DNA from: an uncultured Ectothiorhodospiraceae bacterium
Lineage (GTDB): Bacteria > Pseudomonadota > Gammaproteobacteria > J044
Reading direction: 5' to 3'
DNA length: 64,000 bases
Assembly (NCBI GenBank): GCA_964641615.1
Contig: CAZXNH010000007.1
Coordinates: forward strand, 41,705 to 105,704
Position numbers and translations under genes: made by a program. Positions 44,295 to 57,400 of the stretch are shown here, one piece after another (position 1 is the stretch's first letter; the number at the start of each line of letters is the position of its first letter). The notes beneath the pieces were generated by a model, which saw only the letters and a program-made list of their open reading frames with translations, made no database searches and was not told the origin of the DNA.

Positions 44295-44612
44295 TTAAGC
44301 GTCAACGACTTCGCCGTTCGATTTAAAAAATCGAACCTTGCGATCATCTTCAAGCGTTTTAATACCGACGCGATCACCTTTGCCCGTAGCCGGATTGAAA
44401 AGCATGACATTGGAGATATCCAGCGGCATTTCTTTTTCAACAATACCTCCAGGCGTACCAGCCTGGGGGTTAGGCTTCTGGTGCTTCTTAGCCATGTTTA
44501 CGCCCTGAACAACTACTTTTCCATTGTCCAGCACATTAACAACCTGGCCACGGCGACCCTTGTCTTTACCAGTGATGACTACAACGTCATCGCCTTTACG
44601 AATCTTATTCAT
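44295..44612 (-). CDS. rplX: 50S ribosomal protein L24
   Basis: Begins [19 protein letters not shown]. Length is 105 aa. Confidence 0.97.
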   Translation of the reverse strand: MNKIRKGDDVVVITGKDKGRRGQVVNVLDNGKVVVQGVNMAKKHQKPNPQAGTPGGIVEKEMPLDISNVMLFNPATGKGDRVGIKTLEDDRKVRFFKSNGEVVDA

Positions 44613-44625
44613 GCCCCTAACCTCT

Positions 44626-44994
44626 TTAGAGCACTTCAGGCGCGAGAGAGATAATTTTCATAAACTTATCTCCACGCAGCTCACGTGTTACAGGACCAAA
44701 GATACGAGTCCCAATTGGCTGATGCTGATTATTCAGCAGAACAGCCGCATTATTATCGAAGCGGATCAGAGAACCATCGCCACGACGTACACCACTGGCA
44801 GTACGGACAACAACGGCGTTATACACTTCACCTTTCTTGACCTTGCCGCGCGGAATAGCGTCTTTAACACTAACCTTAATAACGTCACCAATCCTGGCAT
44901 AGCGTCGGTGAGATCCACCGAGCACCTTAATACACTGGACTCTTTTGGCGCCGCTGTTATCAGCAACGTCCAAAACGGTTTGCATCTGAATCAT
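44626..44994 (-). CDS. rplN: 50S ribosomal protein L14
   Basis: Begins [19 protein letters not shown]. Length is 122 aa. Confidence 0.97.
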   Translation of the reverse strand: MIQMQTVLDVADNSGAKRVQCIKVLGGSHRRYARIGDVIKVSVKDAIPRGKVKKGEVYNAVVVRTASGVRRGDGSLIRFDNNAAVLLNNQHQPIGTRIFGPVTRELRGDKFMKIISLAPEVL

Positions 44995-45015
44995 GACTAA
45001 ACCTGCCTTATAAAC

Positions 45016-45279
45016 TTAGCCATTAGCTCGTTCAACAACACGAACGAGCGTCCAGGACTTAGATTTTGACATCGGGCGACACTCTTTAATCTCTACAGTA
45101 TCGCCTGCCTTGCAAGCATTCTCAGCGTCATGCACATGGAGCTTGGTTGAGCGACGAATAAACTTGCCATAGATAGGGTGTTTAACCTTACGTTCGATAA
45201 GAACGGTAACGGTTTTGTCCATCTTGTCGCTAACAACACGTCCAACCTGAGAACGTTCGATTTTTACTGATTCAGTCAT
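45016..45279 (-). CDS. rpsQ: 30S ribosomal protein S17
   Basis: Length 87 aa. Contains [15 protein letters not shown]. Confidence 0.97.
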   Translation of the reverse strand: MTESVKIERSQVGRVVSDKMDKTVTVLIERKVKHPIYGKFIRRSTKLHVHDAENACKAGDTVEIKECRPMSKSKSWTLVRVVERANG

Positions 45280-45476
45280 GCCGCATCACCTGGTTTCTTT
45301 TCATTCAGAATCGTCTTAATGCGCGCAACATCACGACGGATCTGTTTGAACTGATGAGTCTGAGATGCCTGGCCAGTAGCCTTCTGCATACGCAGGTTCA
45401 GCTGAGCCTTAAGCTGCTCAAGCAACTCTTTATTCAGCTCATCAGTACTTTTTTGGCGCAAATCACTTGCTTTCAT
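45276..45476 (-). CDS. rpmC: 50S ribosomal protein L29
   Basis: Length 66 aa. Begins [23 protein letters not shown]. Confidence 0.95.
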   Translation of the reverse strand: MKASDLRQKSTDELNKELLEQLKAQLNLRMQKATGQASQTHQFKQIRRDVARIKTILNEKKPGDAA

Positions 45477-45889
45477 TACATCACCTGCCTAGCAACGAAG
45501 GTTGTCTTGATTGGCAGCTTTGCAGCAGCGAGCTTGAAAGCTTCGCGCGCAATCTCTTCGCTGACACCTTCCATTTCATAGAGCATACGACCGGGCTGAA
45601 TCTGAGCAACCCAGTATTCAACATTACCTTTACCCTTACCCATACGAACCTCAAGAGGTTTCTTGGTAATAGGCTTGTCTGGAAATACACGAATCCAGAT
45701 CTTCCCGCCACGTTTAATATGACGTGTCATTGCACGGCGAGCCGCCTCAATCTGGCGCGCGGTCAGACGACCACGATCAGCAGCCTTCAGGCCAAACTCA
45801 CCAAAGCTCACTTTGTTCCCAGACTGAGCAAGACCGCGGTTACGACCTTTCTGCTGCTTTCTGAATTTTGTACGTTTAGGCTGTAGCAT
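45476..45889 (-). CDS. rplP: 50S ribosomal protein L16
   Basis: Begins [19 protein letters not shown]. Length is 137 aa. Confidence 0.97.
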   Translation of the reverse strand: MLQPKRTKFRKQQKGRNRGLAQSGNKVSFGEFGLKAADRGRLTARQIEAARRAMTRHIKRGGKIWIRVFPDKPITKKPLEVRMGKGKGNVEYWVAQIQPGRMLYEMEGVSEEIAREAFKLAAAKLPIKTTFVARQVM

Positions 45890-45900
45890 CGTTCAAATCC

Positions 45901-46584
45901 TTACTTGCCTTCCTGAGTGCTTTTAGAACCCGCGGACTTTGCCTCGAGATCAAACACTTCACCTTTATAGATCCAGACCTTCACACCAATAACACCATAA
46001 GTTGTATTAGCGCGGGCCGTACCGTAATCAATATCCGCACGCAGGGTGTGAAGCGGCACACGACCTTCGCGATACCACTCTGAACGCGCAATTTCAGCAC
46101 CGTTCAGACGACCTGATACATAAACCTTGATACCCAGAGCACCAAGGCGCATGGCGTTACCAACTGCACGCTTCATGGCGCGACGGAACATAATGCGACG
46201 CTCGAGCTGCTGAGCAATACTTTCAGCAACAAGTGTGGCATCAACCTCAGGCTTGCGAATTTCTTCAATGTTAATTTTCACATTGTTAACATTTAGATCC
46301 ATTAGCCTGGCGACTTCATGCCGCAGCTTCTCGATATCTTCGCCCTTCTTACCGATAACAATGCCTGGTCGCGCAGTGTGAATGGTCACAAATGCTGCAC
46401 GCGCAGGGCGCTCGATCTGAATACGGCTTACAGAAGCCTGAGACAGCTTGTTTTTAAGATACGCACGAACTTCAAGATCGTTGTTCAGGAACTTCGCGTA
46501 ATCGTCACCTTCTGCAAACCATTTCGACGTCCAGTCTGAGGCTATGCCAAGGCGGAAACCAATTGGATGAACTTTCTGACCCAT
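45901..46584 (-). CDS. rpsC: 30S ribosomal protein S3
   Basis: Begins [14 protein letters not shown]. Length is 227 aa. Confidence 0.97.
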   Translation of the reverse strand: MGQKVHPIGFRLGIASDWTSKWFAEGDDYAKFLNNDLEVRAYLKNKLSQASVSRIQIERPARAAFVTIHTARPGIVIGKKGEDIEKLRHEVARLMDLNVNNVKINIEEIRKPEVDATLVAESIAQQLERRIMFRRAMKRAVGNAMRLGALGIKVYVSGRLNGAEIARSEWYREGRVPLHTLRADIDYGTARANTTYGVIGVKVWIYKGEVFDLEAKSAGSKSTQEGK

Positions 46585-46595
46585 TTTTAACCTCG

Positions 46596-46931
46596 TTACT
46601 TGTCGCTAACGGCCACAGTAATGTGACTGGTACGCTTCAAAATACGGTTCGCACGGCCCTTAGCACGGGGACGAATTCTTTTCATGGTAGGCCCCTCGTC
46701 AACAAAGACAGTAGAAACCTTCAGTTCGTCGATATCCGAACCTTCATTATGCTCAGCATTTGCGATAGCTGACTCGAGAACCTTCTTCATAATTGAAGCA
46801 GCCTTTTTGGGGCTGTAGCTAAGCACCTGAAGAGCAGCCTCAACGTTCTTGCCACGGATCTGATCCGCAACCAGCCTTACCTTCTGAGCCGAAATTCTTG
46901 CATGACTGAGACGAGCCTTGACTTCCATCAC
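46596..46931 (-). CDS. rplV: 50S ribosomal protein L22
   Basis: Length 111 aa. Confidence 0.97.
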   Translation of the reverse strand: MMEVKARLSHARISAQKVRLVADQIRGKNVEAALQVLSYSPKKAASIMKKVLESAIANAEHNEGSDIDELKVSTVFVDEGPTMKRIRPRAKGRANRILKRTSHITVAVSDK

Positions 46932-46940
46932 GGCAACCCC

Positions 46941-47213
46941 TTACTTGGACTTCTTGTCAGCCACATGACCACGATAGTTACGGGTCACTGCGAACTCACC
47001 TAATTTATGACCAACCATGTTCTCGTTTACGAGAACAGGCACGTGCTGACGGCCGTTGTGCACAGCAATTGTCAGACCAACCATTTCAGGCAGAATCATG
47101 GAACGACGTGACCAGGTCTTAATAGGACGTCTGTCGTTACTTTCACTTGCGGCCATAACCTTAGCCATCAAGTGATGATCAATGAATGGGCCTTTTTTCA
47201 ACGAACGTGGCAT
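46941..47213 (-). CDS. rpsS: 30S ribosomal protein S19
   Basis: Begins [15 protein letters not shown]. Length is 90 aa. Confidence 0.97.
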   Translation of the reverse strand: MPRSLKKGPFIDHHLMAKVMAASESNDRRPIKTWSRRSMILPEMVGLTIAVHNGRQHVPVLVNENMVGHKLGEFAVTRNYRGHVADKKSK

Positions 47214-47228
47214 ATCTCAATACCTCAA

Positions 47229-48053
47229 TTATTTGCCGCGACGACGGACAATCAGCTTGTCTGTACGTTTATTCTTACGGGTCTTGAAGCCCTTGGTAGG
47301 CATACCCCATGGAGACACTGGATGACGACCACCAGAGGTACGACCTTCACCACCACCATGTGGGTGATCAACCGGGTTCATAGCAACACCACGAACGGTT
47401 GGACGAACGCCGCGCCAGCGAGTTGCACCCGCCTTACCAAGTTTACGCAGGCTATGCTCTGAATTGCTCGCCTCACCGATAGTGGCACGACAATCTGCAG
47501 GAACCTTGCGCATCTCACCTGAACGCAAACGAAGAGTGGCATATCCACTTTCACGCGCTACCAACTGAGCAGAAGTACCAGCACTACGCGCCATCTGCGC
47601 GCCCTTGCCAGGCTTCATTTCAATACAATGAACTACCGAACCCACCGGGATATTGCGCAGCGGAAGAGCGTTACCAACTTTAATTGGCGCATGCAATCCG
47701 GACATAACAGGATCACCCGCCTTCACTCCACTTGGCGCAATAATGTAACGACGTTCACCATCTGCGTAGAGAACAAGCGCAATATTTGCACTACGGTTTG
47801 GATCGTATTCAACACGCTCGATCTTGGCAGGAATATCGTCTTTGTTACGCTTGAAATCGATAACACGATACTGCTGCTTGTGACCACCACCCACATGGCG
47901 AGTAGTAATCCGACCTTTATTGTTACGACCACCAGACTTGGTCTTCTTTTCCATCAAAGGCGCGTAACCCTTACCCTTATGCAGGTCAGGATTAGAAACC
48001 TTGACGACAAAGCGACGGCCAGCTGATGTAGGTTTTGCCTTTACGGTTGCCAT
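47229..48053 (-). CDS. rplB: 50S ribosomal protein L2
   Basis: Length 274 aa. Contains the conserved GGGHKQQYR region. Confidence 0.97.
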   Translation of the reverse strand: MATVKAKPTSAGRRFVVKVSNPDLHKGKGYAPLMEKKTKSGGRNNKGRITTRHVGGGHKQQYRVIDFKRNKDDIPAKIERVEYDPNRSANIALVLYADGERRYIIAPSGVKAGDPVMSGLHAPIKVGNALPLRNIPVGSVVHCIEMKPGKGAQMARSAGTSAQLVARESGYATLRLRSGEMRKVPADCRATIGEASNSEHSLRKLGKAGATRWRGVRPTVRGVAMNPVDHPHGGGEGRTSGGRHPVSPWGMPTKGFKTRKNKRTDKLIVRRRGK

Positions 48054-48067
48054 GTCAATTCCCAGTC

Positions 48068-48364
48068 TTATTCGCTTACGGCGTAATCGATGTCACTACC
48101 TTCAGCCAGTGTGACGTACGCCTTTTTCCAGTCTGAACGGCGACCCTGCATCTGACCAAAGCGCTTGCTTTTGCCCTTCATGTTCAGAGTGCGCACATTA
48201 TCTACCTTAACCTTAAAGTAACTCTCTACAGCCTTCTTAATTTCATGCTTCGAGGCATCAGCAGCAACCTTGAACACATGCTGATTCATAGCGTCAGCAC
48301 CCACAGCCGCCTTCTCAGAAATCACTGGAGCCTGAAGGATCTTTAAAATTCGCTCCTGGTTCAT
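48068..48364 (-). CDS. rplW: 50S ribosomal protein L23
   Basis: The ATG at 48364 overlaps the rplD stop (ATGA) and gives [19 protein letters not shown]. The ORF-track GTG three codons upstream is probably not used. Confidence 0.95.
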   Translation of the reverse strand: MNQERILKILQAPVISEKAAVGADAMNQHVFKVAADASKHEIKKAVESYFKVKVDNVRTLNMKGKSKRFGQMQGRRSDWKKAYVTLAEGSDIDYAVSE

Positions 48365-48966
48365 GCCAGCCACTCCTCAACCTGCTTCAGAGCAGGGGTA
48401 GTTACTACAATCTTGTCAAACCCAACGAGGCTAACAGGATCAATAGCACCAGCCTCAATCACATCCACATAAGGAAGGTTGCGAGAAGCCAGATACAGAT
48501 TTTCATCAGCCTTGTGAGTAATGATCAGCGCGTTATTAGCAGAAAGCGCATCCAACTGGGTTTTGAGCTCTTTGGTCTTAGGTGCAGATACCGAGATATC
48601 CTCAACCGCCACCAGGCGCTCCTGGCGAACCAACTCAGAAAAGATCGAGCGAATTGCCGCACGATACATTTTCTTGTTTACCTTCTGCTCGTAATTACGT
48701 GGACGCGCCGCGAATGTAACCCCACCCTTGCGCCACAGAGGGCTACGGATGGTGCCGGCACGGGCACGACCAGTACCTTTCTGACGCCATGGCTTTGCAC
48801 CACCACCGCGCACATCAGAACGAGTCTTCTGCGCTTTTGTTCCAGAGCGGCCGCCAGCCATATAGGCCACAACCACCTGGTGAATCAGTGTCTCATTAAA
48901 CTCCTGAGCGAAAGCCGCATCAGAAAGCTCAACCTTGGCACTAGAATTTGCAACCTGAAGTTCCAT
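48361..48966 (-). CDS. rplD: 50S ribosomal protein L4
   Basis: Length 201 aa. Begins MELQVANS. Confidence 0.97.
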   Translation of the reverse strand: MELQVANSSAKVELSDAAFAQEFNETLIHQVVVAYMAGGRSGTKAQKTRSDVRGGGAKPWRQKGTGRARAGTIRSPLWRKGGVTFAARPRNYEQKVNKKMYRAAIRSIFSELVRQERLVAVEDISVSAPKTKELKTQLDALSANNALIITHKADENLYLASRNLPYVDVIEAGAIDPVSLVGFDKIVVTTPALKQVEEWLA

Positions 48967-48973
48967 AACTCAA

Positions 48974-49612
48974 TTAACCCCGCGCCTTCATAGCTGGGCG
49001 CACGATAACGTCGCCACCCTTAGATCCTGGTACAGCACCCTTAACAAGGAGCAGACCCTTTTCAGCATCAACTCTGACAACCTGAAGGTTCTGGGTGGTA
49101 GTACGTTCGGCACCCATGTGGCCGGACATCTTCTTACCCTTGAATACACGACCAGGAGTCTGGTTCTGACCAATCGAGCCAGGAACACGGTGAGAAATAG
49201 AGTTACCGTGCGTATTATCCTGACCGCGGAAATTGTGACGCTTGATAGTGCCAGCAAAGCCTTTACCCTTTGAGACACCTGTTACATCAATTTTCTGACC
49301 TTCTTCGAACTGATCGACCGCCAGCTCGGAACCAACTTCAAGCTCACCTGCAGATTCGAGCCTGAATTCCCACAGACCACGACCCGCCTCAGCGCCTGAC
49401 TTGGCGAAGTGACCTGCCTCCGGCTTGCTCACGCGAGAAGCCTTGCGTGAGCCAGTAGTTACCTGAATAGCCTCATACCCATCTACCTCAGCATTCTTGA
49501 GCTGAGTAATACGGTTGGGCTGAGCCTCGATAACAGTTACAGGGATAGACATGCCATCTTCAGTAAAGACGCGCGTCATACCCAGCTTACGACCGACAAT
49601 GCCGATTGCCAT
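48974..49612 (-). CDS. rplC: 50S ribosomal protein L3
   Basis: Taking the ATG at 49612 gives [16 protein letters not shown], the conserved L3 N-terminus. The listed ORF is 5 codons longer. Confidence 0.95.
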   Translation of the reverse strand: MAIGIVGRKLGMTRVFTEDGMSIPVTVIEAQPNRITQLKNAEVDGYEAIQVTTGSRKASRVSKPEAGHFAKSGAEAGRGLWEFRLESAGELEVGSELAVDQFEEGQKIDVTGVSKGKGFAGTIKRHNFRGQDNTHGNSISHRVPGSIGQNQTPGRVFKGKKMSGHMGAERTTTQNLQVVRVDAEKGLLLVKGAVPGSKGGDVIVRPAMKARG

Positions 49613-49685
49613 CACATTAAACCTCATGTGTCTCCGTGCCTCGAAAATGGGCAGAGGGAGAATAAATTTCTTCTCAACTAAACTC

Positions 49686-49716
49686 GTGGCCCGGAGCAGA
49701 ATCTGCTCCGGGCCAC
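49686..49716 (-). promoter_or_regulatory. Perfect 13-15 bp GC-rich hairpin in a 148-bp rpsJ-rplC spacer, which may be an attenuator or processing/regulatory site
   Basis: Arms GTGGCCCGGAGCAGA and TCTGCTCCGGGCCAC form an inverted repeat. The U-tract that follows on the minus strand is weak (GAGUUUAGUUG). Confidence 0.5.
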
Positions 49717-49760
49717 GGAAAGCCGACTATTATGACAGAGTTATTCTGGTTTGTTAATAC

Positions 49761-50072
49761 TTAATGCAACTTAATTTGCACATCCACACCGGCGGCAAGA
49801 TCAAGCTTCATCAAAGCATCAACAGTCTTATCTGTCGGATCAACGATATCCAGCAGGCGCTTATAGGTCCTCAGCTCGTACTGATCACGAGCATCCTTGT
49901 TCACGTGAGGTGAAATCAGGACGGTGAAGCGCTCTTTCTTGGTAGGAAGAGGGATTGGCCCCTTAACCCTGGCACCAGTGCGCTTGGCTGTTTCAACGAT
50001 TTCCAGCGCGGAACGGTCGATCAGCCTGTGATCGAATGCCTTCAAACGAATACGAATCTTCTGGTTTTTCAT
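49761..50072 (-). CDS. rpsJ: 30S ribosomal protein S10
   Basis: About 85% identical to E. coli S10 across 103 aa. It starts 5 bp after the tuf stop. Confidence 0.97.
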   Translation of the reverse strand: MKNQKIRIRLKAFDHRLIDRSALEIVETAKRTGARVKGPIPLPTKKERFTVLISPHVNKDARDQYELRTYKRLLDIVDPTDKTVDALMKLDLAAGVDVQIKLH

Positions 50073-50077
50073 CAGCT

Positions 50078-51268
50078 TTACTCAATAATTTTAGCAACGA
50101 CACCGGCGCCCACGGTACGACCGCCTTCACGGATCGCAAAACGCAGACCATCTTCCATCGCGATCGGCGCGATCAGGCTCACGGTCATCTTGACGTTATC
50201 GCCAGGCATAACCATTTCGATACCTTCAGGCAGATCACAGGCACCAGTCACATCAGTAGTACGGAAGTAGAACTGAGGACGGTAACCATTGAAGAACGGG
50301 GTATGACGACCACCCTCTTCCTTGGACAGAACATAAACTTCTGCTTCGAACTTGGTGTGAGGCGTGATTGAACCAGGCTTACACAGTACCTGACCACGCT
50401 CAACTTCATCACGCTTGGTACCACGCAGCAGGATACCTACGTTATCACCTGCCAGACCCTGGTCCAGCAGCTTGCGGAACATCTCAACACCAGTAACAGT
50501 GGTCTTCTGAGTGTCCTTGATACCAACAATCTCAATTTCGTCACCAACGTTAACCACGCCACGCTCGATACGACCGGTAACAACAGTACCGCGACCAGAG
50601 ATCGAGAAAACGTCTTCCACAGGCATCAGGAAGTCACCGTCTACAGCACGCTCAGGCTCAGGGATGTAGCTGTCCATGGCTTCAACCAGGGCTTCAACAG
50701 CAGGTGCGCCGATGTCGCTAGTATCGCCTTCCAGGGCCTTCAGAGCAGAACCCTTGATGATAGGCGTGTCGTCACCCGGGAAGTCGTACTGACTCAGCAG
50801 CTCACGTACTTCCATTTCAACCAGTTCCATCAGCTCTTCATCGTCAACCATGTCGGCCTTGTTCAGGAACACAACGATGTAAGGAACACCAACCTGGCGA
50901 GACAGCAGGATATGCTCACGGGTCTGAGGCATTGGGCCGTCTGCAGCAGAACATACCAGGATCGCGCCGTCCATCTGGGCAGCACCAGTGATCATGTTCT
51001 TGACGTAATCCGCGTGCCCAGGGCAGTCAACGTGCGCGTAGTGGCGGTTGTCTGACTCGTATTCAACGTGAGAGGTCGCGATGGTAATACCGCGTTCACG
51101 CTCTTCAGGGGCGTTATCAATCTCGTCAAACGCCTTAACCTCGCCGCCCATCTTCTCGGCCATTACTTTCGTCAGCGCCGCCGTCAAAGTGGTCTTACCA
51201 TGGTCAACGTGACCAATCGTTCCAACATTTACATGCGGCTTACTACGTTCAAACTTTTCCTTGGACAC
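50078..51268 (-). CDS. tuf: Elongation factor Tu
   Basis: Length 396 aa. The GTPase motifs [13 protein letters not shown] and NKAD are present. It sits in the tufA position after fusA. Confidence 0.98.
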   Translation of the reverse strand: MSKEKFERSKPHVNVGTIGHVDHGKTTLTAALTKVMAEKMGGEVKAFDEIDNAPEERERGITIATSHVEYESDNRHYAHVDCPGHADYVKNMITGAAQMDGAILVCSAADGPMPQTREHILLSRQVGVPYIVVFLNKADMVDDEELMELVEMEVRELLSQYDFPGDDTPIIKGSALKALEGDTSDIGAPAVEALVEAMDSYIPEPERAVDGDFLMPVEDVFSISGRGTVVTGRIERGVVNVGDEIEIVGIKDTQKTTVTGVEMFRKLLDQGLAGDNVGILLRGTKRDEVERGQVLCKPGSITPHTKFEAEVYVLSKEEGGRHTPFFNGYRPQFYFRTTDVTGACDLPEGIEMVMPGDNVKMTVSLIAPIAMEDGLRFAIREGGRTVGAGVVAKIIE

Positions 51269-51306
51269 GGCTCAAATTCCTCTATGGTTAATTCGTGTCA
51301 AAACGA

Positions 51307-53403
51307 TTAAGAAACCTTCTTAATAATGGCATCGGCCACACTTGCCGGCGCCTCTGAATACTCAGCAAATTCCATTGAATAAGTGGCACGCCCCTGGGTT
51401 GCAGATCGCAGATCTGTGGCATAGCCAAACATCTCAGCCAATGGAACCTCGGCACGGATCACCTTCCCTGAAGGATTGTCATCCATACCCTGAACAATGC
51501 CACGACGGCGATTTAGATCGCCCATAACATCGCCCATATAATCTTCAGGCGTCACCACCTCAACCTTCATCATAGGTTCAAGCAACACGGGGGACGCATT
51601 CATTGCCCCTTCCCGGAAACCCATGGACCCAGCAATCTTAAAGGCCATCTCACTTGAATCCACATCGTGATATGAGCCATCAAACAGCGTCACTTTAACG
51701 TTCATCATGGGGTATCCCGCGAGAACGCCATTTTCCATCTGCTCCTGAATACCCTTGTCCACCGCAGGTATAAATTCGCGAGGCACTGCACCGCCAACGA
51801 TCTCGTTGACAAACTCATAATTTTCTTCGCTATCCACCAGGGGCTCGATGCGAAGCTCTACATGACCATACTGGCCACGACCACCAGACTGGCGAACAAA
51901 CTTACCTTCCGCCTCGACCGCCTTGCGAATGGTTTCACGGTAGGCCACCTGCGGAGCGCCCACATTTGCCTCTACCTTAAACTCCCGCTTCATACGGTCG
52001 ACAATGATGTCGAGGTGTAGCTCACCCATTCCAGAAATAATCGTCTGGCCAGACTCTTCGTCAGTTCGAACCCTGAATGAAGGATCTTCCTGCGCCAGTT
52101 TCTGAAGCGCTATACCCATTTTTTCCTGGTCGGCCTTGGTGCGCGGCTCGACCGCTACCGAGATAACCGGCTCAGGAAAGTCCATACGCTCCAGAGTTAT
52201 GCGATTATTTTCATCGCACAGGGTGTCCCCAGTTGTAACGTCTTTCAGACCCACCGCTGCGGCAATATCACCCGCCCGAACTTCCTTGATCTCTTCGCGA
52301 CTATTGGAATGCATCTGAAGAATGCGACCAATACGTTCTTTTTTTCCCTTGACCGGATTAAAAACGCTATCACCAGACTTAAGCACTCCGGAATAGACGC
52401 GGAAGAATGTCAGGGTGCCCACGAACGGGTCGGTAGCAATCTTGAAGGCCAGAGCAGAAAACGGCTCATTATCATCAGGGTGACGCTCACCCTCCGAATC
52501 ATCTTCAAGATGACCAGCAATCGCCGGCACATCAATCGGCGAAGGCATAAACGCAACAACGGCGTCCAGCATCGCCTGAACGCCCTTGTTTTTGAATGCC
52601 GAGCCACAAAGTGTCGGAACAATCTCTCCGGCAAGAGTACGAATTCGCAGCCCCGCCACGATATCTTCATTACTCAGCTCGCCAGCATCCAGGTATTTTT
52701 CCATGAGCTCTTCAGAGGCCTCTGCTGCTGCCTCCACCATCTGCTCACGATAATTGCTACAGTCATCCAGCAGATCAGCCGGTATGTCCGTCTCGTCATA
52801 TGTTGTGCCGCGATCCGCCTCATTCCAGTAGATCGCCTGCATGCGAATAAGGTCGACAACACCTTTAAATTCGTCTTCAGCCCCAATATTGAGCTGCAAT
52901 GGCACAGGATTAGCACCCAGGCGTTCGCGAATCTGATCTACAACACGCAGAAAGTTGGCGCCGGAACGATCCATCTTGTTCACGAATGCCATCCTGGGCA
53001 CGCCATACTTGTCAGCCTGACGCCAGACAGTCTCGGACTGAGGCTCTACACCACCAACCGCGCAAAAGACCGCGCAGGCGCCATCCAGAACACGTAGCGA
53101 ACGCTCAACTTCAATCGTGAAGTCAACGTGCCCTGGGGTATCAATAATATTGATTCGATGCTGCTCAAACTGCTTATCCATGCCAGACCAGAAACAGGTC
53201 GTTGCCGCAGAGGTGATAGTAATACCACGCTCCTGCTCCTGCTCCATCCAGTCCATGGTGGCAGCACCGTCATGCACCTCACCTATTTTATGAGACACAC
53301 CTGTATAAAAAAGGATACGCTCGGTAGTAGTCGTCTTGCCGGCGTCGATATGCGCCATAATGCCAATGTTACGATAGCGTTCGATAGGCGTCGTACGTGA
53401 CAT
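51307..53403 (-). CDS. fusA: Elongation factor G
   Basis: Length 698 aa. Contains [12 protein letters not shown]. Confidence 0.98.
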   Translation of the reverse strand: MSRTTPIERYRNIGIMAHIDAGKTTTTERILFYTGVSHKIGEVHDGAATMDWMEQEQERGITITSAATTCFWSGMDKQFEQHRINIIDTPGHVDFTIEVERSLRVLDGACAVFCAVGGVEPQSETVWRQADKYGVPRMAFVNKMDRSGANFLRVVDQIRERLGANPVPLQLNIGAEDEFKGVVDLIRMQAIYWNEADRGTTYDETDIPADLLDDCSNYREQMVEAAAEASEELMEKYLDAGELSNEDIVAGLRIRTLAGEIVPTLCGSAFKNKGVQAMLDAVVAFMPSPIDVPAIAGHLEDDSEGERHPDDNEPFSALAFKIATDPFVGTLTFFRVYSGVLKSGDSVFNPVKGKKERIGRILQMHSNSREEIKEVRAGDIAAAVGLKDVTTGDTLCDENNRITLERMDFPEPVISVAVEPRTKADQEKMGIALQKLAQEDPSFRVRTDEESGQTIISGMGELHLDIIVDRMKREFKVEANVGAPQVAYRETIRKAVEAEGKFVRQSGGRGQYGHVELRIEPLVDSEENYEFVNEIVGGAVPREFIPAVDKGIQEQMENGVLAGYPMMNVKVTLFDGSYHDVDSSEMAFKIAGSMGFREGAMNASPVLLEPMMKVEVVTPEDYMGDVMGDLNRRRGIVQGMDDNPSGKVIRAEVPLAEMFGYATDLRSATQGRATYSMEFAEYSEAPASVADAIIKKVS

Positions 53404-53421
53404 TGTGGCGCGCTCGGTCTG

Positions 53422-53901
<480 letters not shown>

Positions 53902-53907
53902 TCAAAC

Positions 53908-54282
53908 TTAACTTTTTGGACGCTTAGCGCCGTATTTAGAACGACCCTGCTTACGATCCTGAACACCCTGAGTATCAAGGCTTCCGCGCACGGTGTGATA
54001 ACGCACACCAGGCAAATCCTTAACACGGCCACCACGAATCAGAACAACTGAGTGCTCCTGAAGGTTGTGCCCCTCACCACCGATGTAGCTGGTTACTTCA
54101 AAACCATTAGTCAGGCGCACACGGGCAACCTTACGCATTGCCGAGTTTGGCTTTTTAGGCGTGGTGGTATAAACACGCGTACAAACTCCGCGACGCTGAG
54201 GGCTAGCCTCCAGTGCCGGAACGTTACTTTTTTCCTTCTGGCGCTTACGTGGCTTGCGCACCAGCTGATTGATAGTAGCCAT
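53908..54282 (-). CDS. rpsL: 30S ribosomal protein S12
   Basis: Begins [12 protein letters not shown] and contains the PKKPNSA loop. Length is 124 aa. Confidence 0.97.
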   Translation of the reverse strand: MATINQLVRKPRKRQKEKSNVPALEASPQRRGVCTRVYTTTPKKPNSAMRKVARVRLTNGFEVTSYIGGEGHNLQEHSVVLIRGGRVKDLPGVRYHTVRGSLDTQGVQDRKQGRSKYGAKRPKS

Positions 54283-54333
54283 TTAAGCTATTCTCCAAGC
54301 TTTTCTAGAACCTCCTGACAGCAAGAGGTTCCC

Positions 54334-54370
54334 TCAAAAACAAACGACAGGCCAAACCAATGGCCTGTCG
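54334..54370 (-). terminator. Terminator-like hairpin (CGACAGGCC-N9-GGCCTGTCG plus UUUGUUUUUG) between rpoC and rpsL
   Basis: Perfect 9-bp GC-rich stem followed by a U-rich tract on the minus strand. It is either the real rpoC terminator or an attenuator in the rpsL leader. Confidence 0.55.
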
Positions 54371-54381
54371 AGGGACGCGAA

Positions 54382-54410
54382 ATTCTAGAGACTGTCCGGG
54401 CAACTGTCAA
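54382..54410 (-). promoter_or_regulatory. Putative sigma70 promoter for the str operon (TTGACA, 17 nt spacer, TAGAAT) embedded in the rpoC-proximal hairpin
   Basis: Consensus -35 and near-consensus -10 with 17-nt spacing, read on the minus strand. They lie within the stem-loop GTCCGGGC...GCCCGGAC (54394-54418) directly after the rpoC stop. Confidence 0.45.
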
Positions 54411-54425
54411 GCCCGGACCTTATCC

Positions 54426-57400
54426 CTATTCTGCCGGAGCCTCTGCTTCTCCTGGGGCCTCGGTCATTTCTACCGGAGCTTCCTCTGGGGTAGCAGCCCC
54501 AAGATTCAGATCCTCAATACTGATACCAGCACGTTTACGACGACGCTCATTGTGGTAAGCCAGACCTGTACCTGCTGGGATCAGACGACCAACAATGACG
54601 TTTTCTTTCAGTCCGCGCAGATCATCACGAGCACCGCGGACGGCAGATTCGGTCAGTACACGGGTGGTTTCCTGGAAAGAAGCCGCAGAAATGAACGACT
54701 CGGTAACCAATGATGCCTTGGTGATACCCAGCAGCTCATTTTCATACTTGGCCGGTAGCTTGCCTTCTTTTTCCAGTTGCTCATTGACTTCGAGAGCACG
54801 TGAACGCTCAATCTGCTCGCCACGGAGGAAATTCGACTCGCCAGAATCGGTAATTATGACCTTACGCAGCATCTGACGAATAATGACCTCGATGTGCTTA
54901 TCATTGATACCAACACCCTGGAGACGGTAAACGTCCTGTATTTCCTTGATCAGGTATTCAGCCAGGTGGGTAACACCACGCAGGCGCAGTATATCGTGCG
55001 GGCTAGGCTCACCATCAGCGATAATTTCACCTCGCTCCACGGTTTCACCTTCGAACACATTCACGTTACGCCACTTCGGGATCAGTAGCTCATTTGCCTC
55101 ACCATGTTCGTCAGTGATTACAAGCCTTTGTTTTCCCTTGGTTTCTTTACCGAAGGAAACGGTACCGGAGGCCTCTGCCATAATTGCCGGATCTTTAGGC
55201 TTACGCGCCTCGAACAGGTCAGCAACACGTGGCAGACCACCCGTGATATCACGGGTCTTGGACGATTCCTGCGGAATACGTGCAACAACATCACCGATGC
55301 GAACCTGCTCACCATCTTTCAAGTTAACGATCGCACCCGCTGGCAGGGCGTACTGGGCCGGGATCTCCGTACCTTTAAGGAATACAGGATCGCCATTTTC
55401 TTCGATCAGACGTACAACCGGACGCAGGTCCTTACCTGCAGAACCACGCTGCTTAGGGTCACTAACAATGGTTGAGCTCAGGCCGGTAATCTCATCAACA
55501 TGCTTGTTGACGGTGACGCCGTCCTGGAAGTCAACAAACTGAACACGTCCCGCCACTTCGGTAATGATTGGGTGGGTATGCGGATCCCAGCTGGCGACTT
55601 CCTGGCCTGCCTTTACAGCCGACTCATCCTTAACACTCAGCACCGCACCGTAAGGGATCTTGTAACGCTCACGCTCACGGCCCTGCTCATCGATAACACC
55701 CAACTCACCAGAACGAGAGACAGCAACCAGGTTGCCAGCCTCATTCTCTACAGTTTTGATGGTATGCAGGCGAATCGCACCCTCATTTTTAACGCTGATG
55801 TTGCTGGCCGCAGCAGAACGCGATGCCGCACCACCGATATGGAAAGTACGCATGGTCAGCTGTGTGCCTGGCTCACCGATAGACTGGGCTGCCATAACAC
55901 CGACAGACTCACCAATATTGACCTTGTGGCCACGAGCAAGATCACGACCATAACAGGTCGAACAAACGCCATGATGATTATCACAGGTAATAACCGAACG
56001 GACCCTGATTTCATCAATACTAAGCTGCTCAATAACATCAACCCAGTATTCGTCGAGCAGGGTACCTGCAGGAATAGCCACTTCTTCAGTACCAGGCTTA
56101 CAGGTATCTGTAGCTACGACACGGCCAAGCACACGCTCACGCAGCGGCTCAACAACGTCACCACCCTCGATAATAGGCGTCATGATGACACCTTCCTCGG
56201 TACCACAGTCTTCATTAATGATGACCATGTCCTGAGCCACATCGACAAGACGGCGCGTCAGGTAACCCGAGTTAGCAGTCTTCAAAGCGGTATCAGCCAG
56301 ACCCTTACGAGCACCATGGGTAGAGATAAAGTACTGGAGTACGTTCAGACCTTCACGGAAGTTGGCAGTAATAGGCGTTTCAATGATCGAACCATCCGGC
56401 TTAGCCATCAGGCCACGCATACCAGCAAGCTGACGAATCTGCGCGGCAGAACCACGAGCTCCTGAATCAGCCATCATAAAGATCGAGTTGAAAGACGGTT
56501 GCGTAACGGTTTCGCCTTCAGCGTTGACGACTTCTTCCTTACCCAGCTTATCCATCATGGCCTTGGCTACACGATCATTCGTGTGTGACCAGATATCAAC
56601 TACCTTGTTGTAGCGCTCACCATTGGTAACCAGACCTGATGCGTACTGGTCCTCAATTTCCTTAACATCGGCCTCGGCCGCAGCAAGAATCTCGCTCTTT
56701 TCTTCTGGAATAACCATATCGTCTGAACAGAAAGAGACGCCGGCGCGGGTCGCCATCTTGAAACCGGTGTACATCAGCTGATCAGCAAAAATTACCGTTT
56801 CTTTCAGGCCAACCTGGCGATAACAAGCGTTAATCAGATTCGAGATGTTTTTCTTGGTCAGATCGCGATTGATCAGATCAAATGCCAGCCCCTTAGGCAG
56901 GATTTCTGACAGCAGAGTACGGCCGACTGTCGTTTCCAGCAGCGCGCAGGATTCACTGATCTCGCCATCTTCAGCAATTTCATACAAAGGAATTCGGGCT
57001 TTGATCTTGGCATGGATATCCACCTGACCAGATGCATAGGCGCGCTTAACCTCTTCAGGGTTAGCAAACACCATGCCCTCGCCCCTGGCGTTAACACGGT
57101 CACGTGTCATGTAATACAGACCAAGTACGATATCCTGAGAAGGCACGATGATAGGCTCACCATTCGCAGGAGACAGTACGTTATTGGTCGACATCATCAG
57201 GGCACGTGCCTCAAGCTGCGCCTCGATAGACAGCGGCACGTGCACAGCCATCTGGTCACCATCAAAGTCAGCATTGAAAGCCGCACAAACCAGCGGGTGC
57301 AGGTTTATTGCCTTACCTTCAATCAGTACCGGCTCGAACGCCTGAATACCCAGACGGTGAAGTGTAGGTGCGCGGTTCAGCATAACGGGATGCTCGCGGA

